IMG/VR virus record: IMGVR_UViG_3300046513_000171 | From: an uncultured virus (IMG/VR IMGVR_UViG_3300046513_000171) | Taxonomy: Duplodnaviria; Heunggongvirae; Uroviricota; Caudoviricetes | DNA: 64,000 nt | Strand: one strand, 5' to 3' | Shown here: positions 1-8,800 of the stretch, piece by piece | Position numbering within the stretch: the stretch's first letter is position 1 | Layout of the letters: each line of letters opens with the position of its first letter | Translations under genes and position numbers: made by a program | The notes under the pieces: model-generated | The model's database searches: none | The model's input: the letters and a program-made list of their open reading frames with translations, nothing else | What the model was told of the DNA's origin: nothing

Positions 1-1
1 C

Positions 2-823
2 AGCGAAGTCGCGCTGTTCGACACGTTCATCACGGACAAGCAGACGGTCAGCAACAGCCGCTACTGGTGGCCGGTGCTGGACTACACGCGCCCGTCGCAG
101 GCAGCAAGCTCGCGCATCTCGCAGCTGGCTGAGCCGAACCTGATGATGACCCTCACGGCGTCGGACAAGACGGGCTCGATCCCGACGTTCTCGCTCGGTC
201 TGGTCATCTCGGACGAAGCGATGCAGCAGAACACGCTGGACTTCGTCGCACTGTCGATGACGCGTCAGGCCGAAATCGAAGCGGCTTCCCGCCTCGACGA
301 GTGCGTGAACGCGATGATCAACGGCGACGTGGACATCGGCCAGGGCGCACTCGCCGTGAACAAGGTGTCGGCTTACGACAGCTCGATCACGACGGACGGC
401 GTGATCACGCACGTGGCATGGATGAACTGGCTCTCGAAGTACCGCCGCATCCGCCAGATCGACGTGTGCCTGATGACGCTCAACACGTTCCTGAAGCTGG
501 AGAACCGCACGGGTCGCCCGACCAAGCTGGAAGACGCGTCGGCCCAGCCGTTCGAACAGCGCCCGGACATCATCCCGTCGCTGCTGAACCTGTCGCTCTC
601 GGGCATCAAGGTCATGATTTTCGACAACACGGTCATCCCCGATGACCTGATCGTCGGCTTCGACACGCGCTACGCAATGCGCAAGGTCACCAACGCCCAG
701 GCCGAGTACTCGGCAATCGAGCGGATGGTGCTGCGCAAGGGCAACAGCATGCGCTGGGACTGGGGCTACACGGTTCACCGCCTGTACGACCAGGCGTGGG
801 ACGTGCTGTCGCTGACCCACTAA
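2..823 (+). CDS. Probable major capsid protein, 5'-truncated by the window edge
   Basis: Frame is open from base 2 (SEVALFDTFITDKQTV…) into the 74..823 ORF. Strong codon bias, followed by hairpins and then neck/tail genes. Function inferred from synteny. Confidence 0.6.
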   Translation, partial: SEVALFDTFITDKQTVSNSRYWWPVLDYTRPSQAASSRISQLAEPNLMMTLTASDKTGSIPTFSLGLVISDEAMQQNTLDFVALSMTRQAEIEAASRLDECVNAMINGDVDIGQGALAVNKVSAYDSSITTDGVITHVAWMNWLSKYRRIRQIDVCLMTLNTFLKLENRTGRPTKLEDASAQPFEQRPDIIPSLLNLSLSGIKVMIFDNTVIPDDLIVGFDTRYAMRKVTNAQAEYSAIERMVLRKGNSMRWDWGYTVHRLYDQAWDVLSLTH

Positions 824-832
824 GCGTCACTG

Positions 833-902
833 GACCGGCTGGGAGACCCCGGCCGGTCGAGCCTCTAACGGGCCGGCTGGGAGACCCCGGCTGGCCCGTT
901 TC
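833..902 (+). terminator. Two tandem near-identical stem-loops; the second resembles an intrinsic terminator
   Basis: 833-858 GACCGGCTGGG-AGAC-CCCGGCCGGTC and 867-900 AACGGGCCGGCTGGG-AGAC-CCCGGCTGGCCCGTT, followed by TT. Confidence 0.65.
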
Positions 903-925
903 ACATCCAGCCAACGGAGCCAGAC

Positions 926-1354
926 ATGGTCAAGCTGAACCCTGCGATGCAGGCAATCGCCGACAAGGCGAAAGAATTCGAACAGTATCTCGGCAAGACG
1001 GTCGAGATCCAGGCGATCGGCGCAAACCTGCGCCACATCTTCACGGGCGCAGAGTTCCGCATTGGCGGCAAGGTCGAGCACGAGTTCGACGGCTTCCTGC
1101 GCGGCCAGCTGATGGCGCGACGCGTGCTCGCCTTCTTCGAGGGCAAGCAGATCGGCCAGGCCCCCGCCGAGATCAAGGCGCAGGCCGAAGGCGCGGGCAC
1201 CGACACGTCGGGCGAGACGCCGCCGCTGGTCATCAGCATGGCGCCGCCGAAAGCGCCCGAGACGCCGGCTGAAACACCGGAAACGCCCGAGGCACCGAAG
1301 GAAGAAGCGCCCGCTCCTGCCGCGAAGACGTCGATCCTCAAGAAGCAGTCGTAA
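926..1354 (+). CDS. Hypothetical virion-associated protein with Pro/Glu/Ala-rich C-terminus
   Basis: GGAG RBS, 142 aa, PETPAETPETPEAP low-complexity tail, located directly after the capsid gene. Confidence 0.6.
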   Translation: MVKLNPAMQAIADKAKEFEQYLGKTVEIQAIGANLRHIFTGAEFRIGGKVEHEFDGFLRGQLMARRVLAFFEGKQIGQAPAEIKAQAEGAGTDTSGETPPLVISMAPPKAPETPAETPETPEAPKEEAPAPAAKTSILKKQS

Positions 1355-1365
1355 GGAGTCCTGCG

Positions 1366-1860
1366 ATGCCCGTCATCAGCAACCTGTCTGACATCGTCTC
1401 GCCGGATGAGGTCCGCGCGATGCTGGGCGTCGCCGCGAAGGAGTTCAAGGACCAGACGCTGCAGCTGCCCATCTACCTGCGCTCGATCAAGATCGAGTGC
1501 GACCGGGCCGATGCGCGGCTGTGGGGGCTCTACAAGGGCCTGCCTGACTCCGGACTCACCGACGACCAGCAGAACTTCAGCGACCTGTTCTGCACGTTCG
1601 TGGGCTGGTCGGCGGCCAAGCTGATTGCCATCGCCCTGCCGCAGTTCTCGCCGCAGGAAGTGGGCAACGGCCAGGCCGTCATGCACCGCAATGATGACGC
1701 CGCCACGTCGGTGATGGCCGACATCCGCGCGCAGGTCGCGAGCGTGGTACCGCTGCTCGTGACGGCCGCAGACGTGCTGGACCCGGTGCAGCCCTCGAAC
1801 GTGAAGACGGCTTACGCGATGGGCCGGTTCGGCGCATCGGGCGACCCTGTTACGGGATAA
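1366..1860 (+). CDS. Putative head-tail adaptor
   Basis: AAGGAG RBS, 164 aa, lies between capsid and tail genes; function by synteny only. Confidence 0.4.
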   Translation: MPVISNLSDIVSPDEVRAMLGVAAKEFKDQTLQLPIYLRSIKIECDRADARLWGLYKGLPDSGLTDDQQNFSDLFCTFVGWSAAKLIAIALPQFSPQEVGNGQAVMHRNDDAATSVMADIRAQVASVVPLLVTAADVLDPVQPSNVKTAYAMGRFGASGDPVTG

Positions 1861-1865
1861 CTGGC

Positions 1866-2708
1866 ATGGATCTGATCGACGCCGCAGGCTATTTCGACGA
1901 CACTGCCGTAACCGCGCCGGGGTCGTCCGAGACGCTGTTCATGGCGTTTCTGGACCTCTATACCAACCAGCAGCGTGACGGCCTGCAGGTGCAGCGCCGC
2001 ACGCTCGCATACGACCCGACCCAGGTCTTCACGCTGCCAGCCGACGGCATCGTCGCGTTCGCGGGCCGTAACTGGGCGCTCGGGCTCGCCTCACCCGACG
2101 ACTTCGCGGGCGGGCCGCTGCGCAGCGCCTATATCGCCCACCTGCTCGACTCGGTGATCCAGATCGGCACCGCTGGAGACTGGCTCGCCAACACACCGCG
2201 CGCGGCCACGCACGGCGGCATGGTGTGGATGAAAAGCTCGAAGAACAGCGACGGCACCGAGGAAGTGTGGAGCGAGGTCGATGTGTATTCGGGAAGCGGC
2301 GTGCAGGCCGAGGAAGGCGAGTTCGCGCTGCTGCAGGGGCAGCTGTACCGCATCAGGAACAGCTACTTCACGGTGAGCGGGATTCGCGCACTGGACTGCA
2401 TCGAGCTGCCGAAGGACGTCAGGAAGACGGTCACCTGGACCACACAGGCCGGCTACGACAAGGTCAAGCAGCAGTCGGTGCCGGGCGCATCGGTCGACAT
2501 CCCGGCGCTCGTGATGCGCTTCTACCACGACTACCGGCGCGTCACGCAGGCTGCGATCAAGCCCGTCGACGGTGACCTGGTCGCGCGCGTCACGCAGACC
2601 CACGGCGTGACGGCGGGCGATGCCGCCCTGATCGACGGCGTCACCTACCGGGTCGTCTCGCGCCGCGCGATGCCGGACGCGACGTGGTGGCTGCACCTGA
2701 CGGTGTAA
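1866..2708 (+). CDS. Putative head-closure/neck protein
   Basis: 280 aa; C-terminal GDxxxIDGxxYRV beta-rich pattern typical of head-closure proteins; synteny. Confidence 0.4.
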   Translation: MDLIDAAGYFDDTAVTAPGSSETLFMAFLDLYTNQQRDGLQVQRRTLAYDPTQVFTLPADGIVAFAGRNWALGLASPDDFAGGPLRSAYIAHLLDSVIQIGTAGDWLANTPRAATHGGMVWMKSSKNSDGTEEVWSEVDVYSGSGVQAEEGEFALLQGQLYRIRNSYFTVSGIRALDCIELPKDVRKTVTWTTQAGYDKVKQQSVPGASVDIPALVMRFYHDYRRVTQAAIKPVDGDLVARVTQTHGVTAGDAALIDGVTYRVVSRRAMPDATWWLHLTV

Positions 2709-2710
2709 GC

Positions 2711-3271
2711 ATGAAATTCACGAACCTCCCCGAGTTCAACACAGCCCTCGAAGCCGCCGTGATGCGCGGCATCGAGAAGGACATCGTGTCCGTGTTCAAG
2801 GGCGTGGTGATGCAGGCTGCGCAGGCGCTGATTGCCGGGGATTTTCGTTATGCAGGTACGCCGGAATGGAGCGGCAACGCGGCGGCGAACTGGTGGCCTT
2901 CTGTCGACGGCGGCCCGCAGCCGTTCGAGGAGTTCTTCCACGACGTGCCGCGCCCCGGCCAGCGGGACTTCCCCCGCGACTTTGTGTCGCCCTACAGTGC
3001 GGCCACGCCGCGGCCGGAAGCGATCGAGATGTCGGAGCTGCGCATCAAGGCCTTCCTTCAGGAGTTGCCTGGCATTCCAAAGCAGGTCGTGATCCAGAAC
3101 ACGGCGCCGTACCTGCTCGAATACCAGCCGTATGGACCAAGCCAGAAGACCTTCCGGCTGGAAAACCTCTATCCGCTGTCCGCGACGCGGGCGGTCCTCT
3201 TCATGAACCAGCAGATAGCCTCTGCCAGCAGGCAGCAGCTCGACGCGTGGAAGGTGGGGTTTGTCAAATGA
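2711..3271 (+). CDS. Putative tail-completion/neck protein
   Basis: ATG at 2711 just after the upstream stop; TPEWSGNAAANW and IQNTAPY motifs resemble HK97-gp10-like neck proteins. Confidence 0.45.
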   Translation: MKFTNLPEFNTALEAAVMRGIEKDIVSVFKGVVMQAAQALIAGDFRYAGTPEWSGNAAANWWPSVDGGPQPFEEFFHDVPRPGQRDFPRDFVSPYSAATPRPEAIEMSELRIKAFLQELPGIPKQVVIQNTAPYLLEYQPYGPSQKTFRLENLYPLSATRAVLFMNQQIASASRQQLDAWKVGFVK

Positions 3272-3681
3272 GCCGGCAATACATCATTGAGACATTGAAT
3301 GCAGCGGTGCTCGCCGCGCTGGGCAGTTTCACCGGCATCGACTCGTTTAACGAGGAAGGCCCGCAGCCCGATCTCGCGAACCAGAGCCGTCCGTGGCTGG
3401 CCTTCGGCGTGGTGATCGACGGTCGCGCGCAGGCCTCGCTCGCGATGGCGGGCAGGCAGGTCAAGCGCTTTCGTGGCGGCATCCAGGTGGGTGCGTTCGA
3501 GAAGGTGGGCACAGGCACCTTCCAGACCACGGCAGTGCTCGATGCGCTGGACCTCGCACTCGCGAACCGGAGTGTGGGCGGCATCATCGTGGGCGACGCG
3601 CACAGCTACCGGCCACAGCAGTATGGGGACTGGAATCCGTCAGGAGTCCAATATTTGTTCTACTACGACGTAACTGATTGA
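3268..3681 (+). CDS. Putative tail terminator protein
   Basis: True start MSRQYII at 3268 (ATGA overlap), 137 aa, immediately before the tail tube gene. Confidence 0.5.
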   Translation: MSRQYIIETLNAAVLAALGSFTGIDSFNEEGPQPDLANQSRPWLAFGVVIDGRAQASLAMAGRQVKRFRGGIQVGAFEKVGTGTFQTTAVLDALDLALANRSVGGIIVGDAHSYRPQQYGDWNPSGVQYLFYYDVTD

Positions 3682-3733
3682 CCTATTCACATAGACCCGC
3701 GACAATCGCGGCAAACCTATCGGGAGCAGCAAA

Positions 3734-4966
3734 ATGACAGGACAAGTGCTTGCCGCATCCAGCTTTACACAGCTGCGGTATATCGTTGAAGCGAGCTGGG
3801 GCGTCACGCCGGTTGCTGGAAATGGCGTTGAGCTGCGCATGACGGGAGAATCGCTCGACTTCAGCCTCACGAAGGGAAGCTCGAACGAAGTCAACAGCTC
3901 GCGCCAGGTGCGCTCGCTCGCGACCACGGACGCTTCCGCCAGCGGCTCCGTGAACATCGAAATGAGCTACGCCGAGTACGACCCGTTCCTCGCGGCCCTG
4001 CTCGGTTCGGCGTGGGTCCAGTACGGCACGAACGGCACCTCGGGCACGATCAGCGCGACCTTCGTGAAGGACGGCACGGGTACCGGCCACGACACGATCA
4101 CGGCCAGCGTCGCGACGGCGGGCGCTGACGCGTGGACGCAGCTCAAGAAGGGCGACTACGTCAAGATCACGGGATTCGACCCGGTGGCCGACAACATCGG
4201 CGCGAACCAGGGCCTGATGCTGCAGCTCGACGCCGACGGCACCGCCACGGTCCTGTCGTTCGCGACGGGCTCGGGCATCGTCGCGATGGCGGGCAAGAAC
4301 ATCAAGGTCTCCAGCGCGCGCCTGAAGATCGGCAACAACATCGGCAGCTTCACGCTGGAGAAGAACTTCACCGACGTGAACCAGTTCTTCAGCTACACGG
4401 GCATGTCGCCGTCGAAGCTGGACCTGTCGCTGCAAACGGGCAGCTTCATCACCGGCTCGCTGGCGTTCGTCGGCTCGCGCGGACAGCGCAAAAACACGAC
4501 CGTCCTGCCGGGCGTACCTGTCGCCTCGCAGCCGTACCGCTCGATGTCGGCCGTTGACGGTGTCGCGGATGTGCGCATCGACGGCATCCCCGTCGTGCAG
4601 CGCTACAACACGTACGTCAAAGAGCTGACGATGTCTTACGACAACCAGCTCGAAGGCCTGAAGGCGCTCGGCAACCTCGGCTCCGTGCAGCTGATGGCGA
4701 AGGAAATCAAGCTCGACGGCGGCATGCAGATCTACCTCGCCGACGGCTCGCTCTATGACGACTTCGTGGCGGGCGTGCAGCACAGCTTCTCGTTCATCGT
4801 GAAAGACCCGGACGGCTTCGGCTACGCATTCGTATTCGACAAGATCGACTTCAACTCGATGCCCGCGCAGGCAAGCGGCAACGGCCAGTCGATCATGCTC
4901 GCCGCGAAGTGGACGGCGCTGATGGGTCCGAACACGAAGAACTCGCTGACCATCTACAAACTTTAA
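3734..4966 (+). CDS. Major tail (tube) protein
   Basis: 410 aa; N-terminal LRYIVEASWGVTP…LRMTGESL…SNEV pattern of siphophage tube proteins; precedes chaperone and tape measure. Confidence 0.8.
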   Translation: MTGQVLAASSFTQLRYIVEASWGVTPVAGNGVELRMTGESLDFSLTKGSSNEVNSSRQVRSLATTDASASGSVNIEMSYAEYDPFLAALLGSAWVQYGTNGTSGTISATFVKDGTGTGHDTITASVATAGADAWTQLKKGDYVKITGFDPVADNIGANQGLMLQLDADGTATVLSFATGSGIVAMAGKNIKVSSARLKIGNNIGSFTLEKNFTDVNQFFSYTGMSPSKLDLSLQTGSFITGSLAFVGSRGQRKNTTVLPGVPVASQPYRSMSAVDGVADVRIDGIPVVQRYNTYVKELTMSYDNQLEGLKALGNLGSVQLMAKEIKLDGGMQIYLADGSLYDDFVAGVQHSFSFIVKDPDGFGYAFVFDKIDFNSMPAQASGNGQSIMLAAKWTALMGPNTKNSLTIYKL

Positions 4967-5000
4967 AGGCCTTGAGATAAGGCGAATGAAACAGTAGACT

Positions 5001-5032
5001 ACGCCTCGATGCTTCGGCTTCGAGGCGTTTTT
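5001..5032 (+). terminator. Intrinsic terminator after tail tube gene
   Basis: ACGCCTCGA…gc-TTCG-gc…TCGAGGCGT followed by a T-run. Confidence 0.75.
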
Positions 5033-5055
5033 CAATCTAACAAGGACTGCTACAC

Positions 5056-5466
5056 ATGGACATCTTTGCCCGTTTTGCGACCGACCCGAACAAGGAAGCG
5101 GAAGGCACCATCATGCCGCTGGACGACAAGACGTCCCTGCGCGTGCGTCGCTTCGCGAATGACGACTACCTCGCGCTGAACCGCACACTGCGCGAGCGCC
5201 ACAAGGTCGTTCTGGAAGGCACCGACGCGACGGCGGCGGAAAAGGCCGGGAAGGACATCCTGATCGAGGCGATGGCGAACTGCGTGCTCGTGGGCTGGGA
5301 AGGCGTCGACTTCAAGGACGCGCCGCTGCCGTACAGCGTCGATAACGCGAAGATGCTGCTGAAGCTCAACGACTTCCGCAACTTCGTGTTTCAGGCCTCG
5401 AACAACATCGAGAACTACCGCTACGAAAAGCTGGAAACCACCGAAAAAAACTCGTCGGCCGGCTGA
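5056..5466 (+). CDS. Tail assembly chaperone (gpG-like)
   Basis: 136 aa between tube and tape measure; LVGWEGV…PYSVDNAKMLL motif; slippery site near the 3' end. Confidence 0.8.
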   Translation: MDIFARFATDPNKEAEGTIMPLDDKTSLRVRRFANDDYLALNRTLRERHKVVLEGTDATAAEKAGKDILIEAMANCVLVGWEGVDFKDAPLPYSVDNAKMLLKLNDFRNFVFQASNNIENYRYEKLETTEKNSSAG

Positions 5467-5816
5467 CGTGGGATCTGCGGTGGGGCAGCCAGGAGGACTT
5501 CCTGCGCGACGTGGTGTGGAAGAACAGCGGCAAGATGCCCGCCCCACTCGCAGAAAAGCCCAAGCTGGACGCAGAAGCCGCTGAGTTCTTCGCTGATTTT
5601 CGCGCGCTAAGCTCCGGGCGCGAATACAACGAACTGGGCGCCCAGGCGCTCAAGCTGTCGGAGATCCTGGCGTACTGCGAGCTGCGCCAGATCCACCACC
5701 CCGACCAGCGGCGTGACCTGCTGCAGATGATCCAGGCTATGGACGCGGTGTATGTCAAACACATGATTGACATGCGAAACGGTAAGACCGCGGCCCCGCC
5801 ACCGGCCCGAAAATAG
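5445..5816 (+). CDS. gpT-like extension reached by programmed -1 frameshift (gpGT fusion 5056..5816)
   Basis: A AAA AAC heptamer at 5445-5451 in the correct phase; the -1 frame is open to the stop at 5816. Confidence 0.75.
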   Translation, partial: KKLVGRLTWDLRWGSQEDFLRDVVWKNSGKMPAPLAEKPKLDAEAAEFFADFRALSSGREYNELGAQALKLSEILAYCELRQIHHPDQRRDLLQMIQAMDAVYVKHMIDMRNGKTAAPPPARK

Positions 5817-5843
5817 CGCCAGCCTTCGCGGCTGGCGTTTTTT
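5816..5843 (+). terminator. Intrinsic terminator before tape measure gene
   Basis: CGCCAGCC-TTCGC-GGCTGGCG-TTTTTT. Confidence 0.7.
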
Positions 5844-5893
5844 CGTCTACACACCGATAATGCGGACTACTAAACGGTGGTCAGGGGCGGGTC

Positions 5894-8800
5894 ATGGCTG
5901 AACAGGCAGGCGGTGTAGCACTCGTAGCGACGCTGGACTACGGTCCCGCGCTTGCCGCCCTGCGCGAGTTCCAGAAGGCCGTCACGGAGGTAGAGAACTC
6001 CGGCGCGCAGATCAGTAAGCTGCAGGACGACATGCTGCGCGTGAACGCGCGCCTGCAGGAGAACGTCGCCGCGCAGCAGGCTTCCGCCGCCGAGATGGAA
6101 GTCCTGATCCAGAAGACCAACCAGCTGACCGCCGCGCAGGACAAGGAAGCGGGCGAGGCCGACAAGGCGAACCGCGCGCAGGCGAACGCCATGCGCGCGC
6201 AGATCAAGGACGCCGAGTACCTGAACAAGACGCTGGAGCAGCGTCAGCAGATCCTCGCGCGGATCTCGGCCTCGCTGAAGGGCCAGGATGTGTCGGAGCT
6301 GCAGCCCAAGCAGGCAGAAGTCCTGGCCGCACGCTACGGGCAGCTCGCGGTCACCGAGTACGCGGGCGGCGGTCTCGCGCAGGCGTCGCTCGCGCAGCAG
6401 CGTATCGCCGAGCAGGAGGCGCTCGCGCAGCAGGAGCGGCGCATGAAGCAGGCGAAGCTCGCGGATGACGCGCAGGCCGCCCTGCTGGAAAAGCAACTGG
6501 CCGCCGATACGGCCGCTGCGCAGATCGCCAGCGACCAGGCGATCCTGGCTGAGCGTGAGGAAGCCGCCGTCGCGCAGAAGAAGCTCACGGCAGCGCGCAT
6601 TGCCGATAACCAGCAGGCTGCCTTGCTGGAAAAGCAGCTTGCGGCTGATGCAGCGACCGCACAGATCGCTGCCGACCAGGCGATTCTCGCCGAGCGTGAG
6701 GAAGCCGCCGTCGCGCAGAAGCGCCTGAATGCTGCCCGCCTTGCGGACGACGCGCAGGTCGTGCTGCTGGAAAAGGAAATCGCCGCGGGTGAAGCCGCTG
6801 CGCGGGTGACGGCTGACCAGGCGATTCTCGCCGAACGCGCCGAACGCGTCGCAGCAGAGGCTGCGCTGGCGGCCGCACGCCTTGCCGATGACGAACAGGT
6901 CGCGCTGCTGGAAAAGGCGATCTACGCGCTCGAAGTCGAAAACATCAAGGAGCGTGACCGGCTGATCCTCGCCGAGCAGGCCGAGTACCTCGCCGCGCAG
7001 AAGCGCGCAGCGTCCGAACAGGCTGCGGTTGAAGCGGCGCGCGCTGCCGAGATCAAGCGCAGCGCGGATTACGAGACGTCGACGGTCAGCTCGAAGATGA
7101 AGATGCTGAAGTCGATTGCGGAAGCCGAGAAGATGAGCGGCCCGCTGTCGCAGAACCCGTCGGTAGCCTCGCTGTTCCCGACCTCGGCGCTGTCCGACTA
7201 CGCGATGATCGGCGCGGGTGCGGATGCGTACCACAAGTTCCGCATGGAGCTGGAAGCCGTCGGCAAGGGTGCCGCGAGCGCCGCGACGGGCATCAAGGCC
7301 ACCGCGCAGGAAGCGCGCGAAGTGGTGACCATCGCTAAGGACGTCGGCACTGGCGAGTGGGGTCGCTTCACGTCCTCGTTCGTGCGGCTGCTGACGCTCT
7401 CGGGCACCTTCGACGGAATCCTCGGGCCGCTCGGGCTTGCCATCGGCGCGGTGGGCACGGGTGTGGCGATTCTCGGGCTGGCGGCCGTCAAGGGCGCCGA
7501 AGAGCAGAACAAGCTGAACCTCGCGCTCGCGATGACGGGCAACTACGCCGGTACCACGGTCGAAGGGCTCGAACAGATCGCACACGCTGCGACCTCGATG
7601 GGCGGCACGATCGGTGAGGCGAAGGAAGTCGTCGCGCAGCTGGCCGAGACAGGCAAGTTCACCAGCGGCCAGATCCTGAACATCGCGACGGCCGTAGTCG
7701 AGCTGGGCCATGCCGGCGGCGACACGAGCAAGGTGCTGCGCGAGTTCCAGTCGCTCGCGCAAGACCCGCTGACCGCGACCGAGCGTTCGGTCGGCGCGCT
7801 CACGATGGCGCTCGCCAAGCTCAACGAGCAGTACCACTTCCTGACCGACGAGCAGTACGAAGAGGTGCGGCTGCTGGAGAAGTCCGGGCAGACTCAGGAA
7901 GCGGCGCGCGTGGCGACTGAGCTGTACGCGGAAGCCGTCCAGGAGCGCGCCAAGCAGGTGGTCGAGGCGCAGGGGTGGATTCTGCAGGGCTGGCACGCCA
8001 TCAAGGAAGGTGCGAGCGCAGCGTGGGACGCGATGATGGGGCTGGGGCGCGACGTCGGCACCTCGGGCCGCATCGCGCAGCTCGAAGCCCAGATCAAGGG
8101 CGCGCAGGCCACACAAGGTGGACCGTTTGCCGCAGGCCCCGGCGAGGCGGGCTATGTCGACACGGACGCGATCAAGAGCGAGCTGGCGAGTCTGTACGAG
8201 CAACGCCGGCTGGAAACCGCGGATGCCGCCAAGCAGTCGGAGAAGGCTCAGAGCGATGCCGCGCTGATCGCGGCGACCGCGTGGCATGACCGCTTCGACC
8301 AGAAGTTCTGGAGTCCTGCGCAAAAACGTGCCGCCGAAATCGCCGAGTACTACAAGGCGATTGACCCGCTGCGCAAGGCGGGCAAGATCGATGAGGCGAC
8401 GATCGCCTCGGACATCGCCAACATCAACGCGAAGTACCACGACAAGGCGCCCAAGCGCGGTCACATTGACCCGACCGATTACGAGGCGGCCAAGGTACAG
8501 GCGACGCTCGACGCCGACGCAGTCAAGCAGGCGCAGCAGCTGCTTAACCTGCGCAAGCAGATCGGCCTGTACGTCACGGATGAGAACCGCCAGCACCTGC
8601 TCACGCTGCAGGCGCAGGCAGAGATCAGCGCATACGACGCCCAGCGTGAGAAGATCCTCAAGGACATCAAAAACGCGGATCGCAACGGCAATCCGAACAG
8701 CAAGCAGCATCTGGTCGAGGAACTCGACACGCTGGAGCGCCAGCACCGCTCGAAGATGGACAACCTCGAACTCGACTTCGAGGCGCAGACCGTCGCGCTG

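Noticed and set aside
5870..8746. 958-aa antisense ORF opposite the tape measure gene
   Set aside because: Shadow ORF caused by high-GC codon bias; no motifs.
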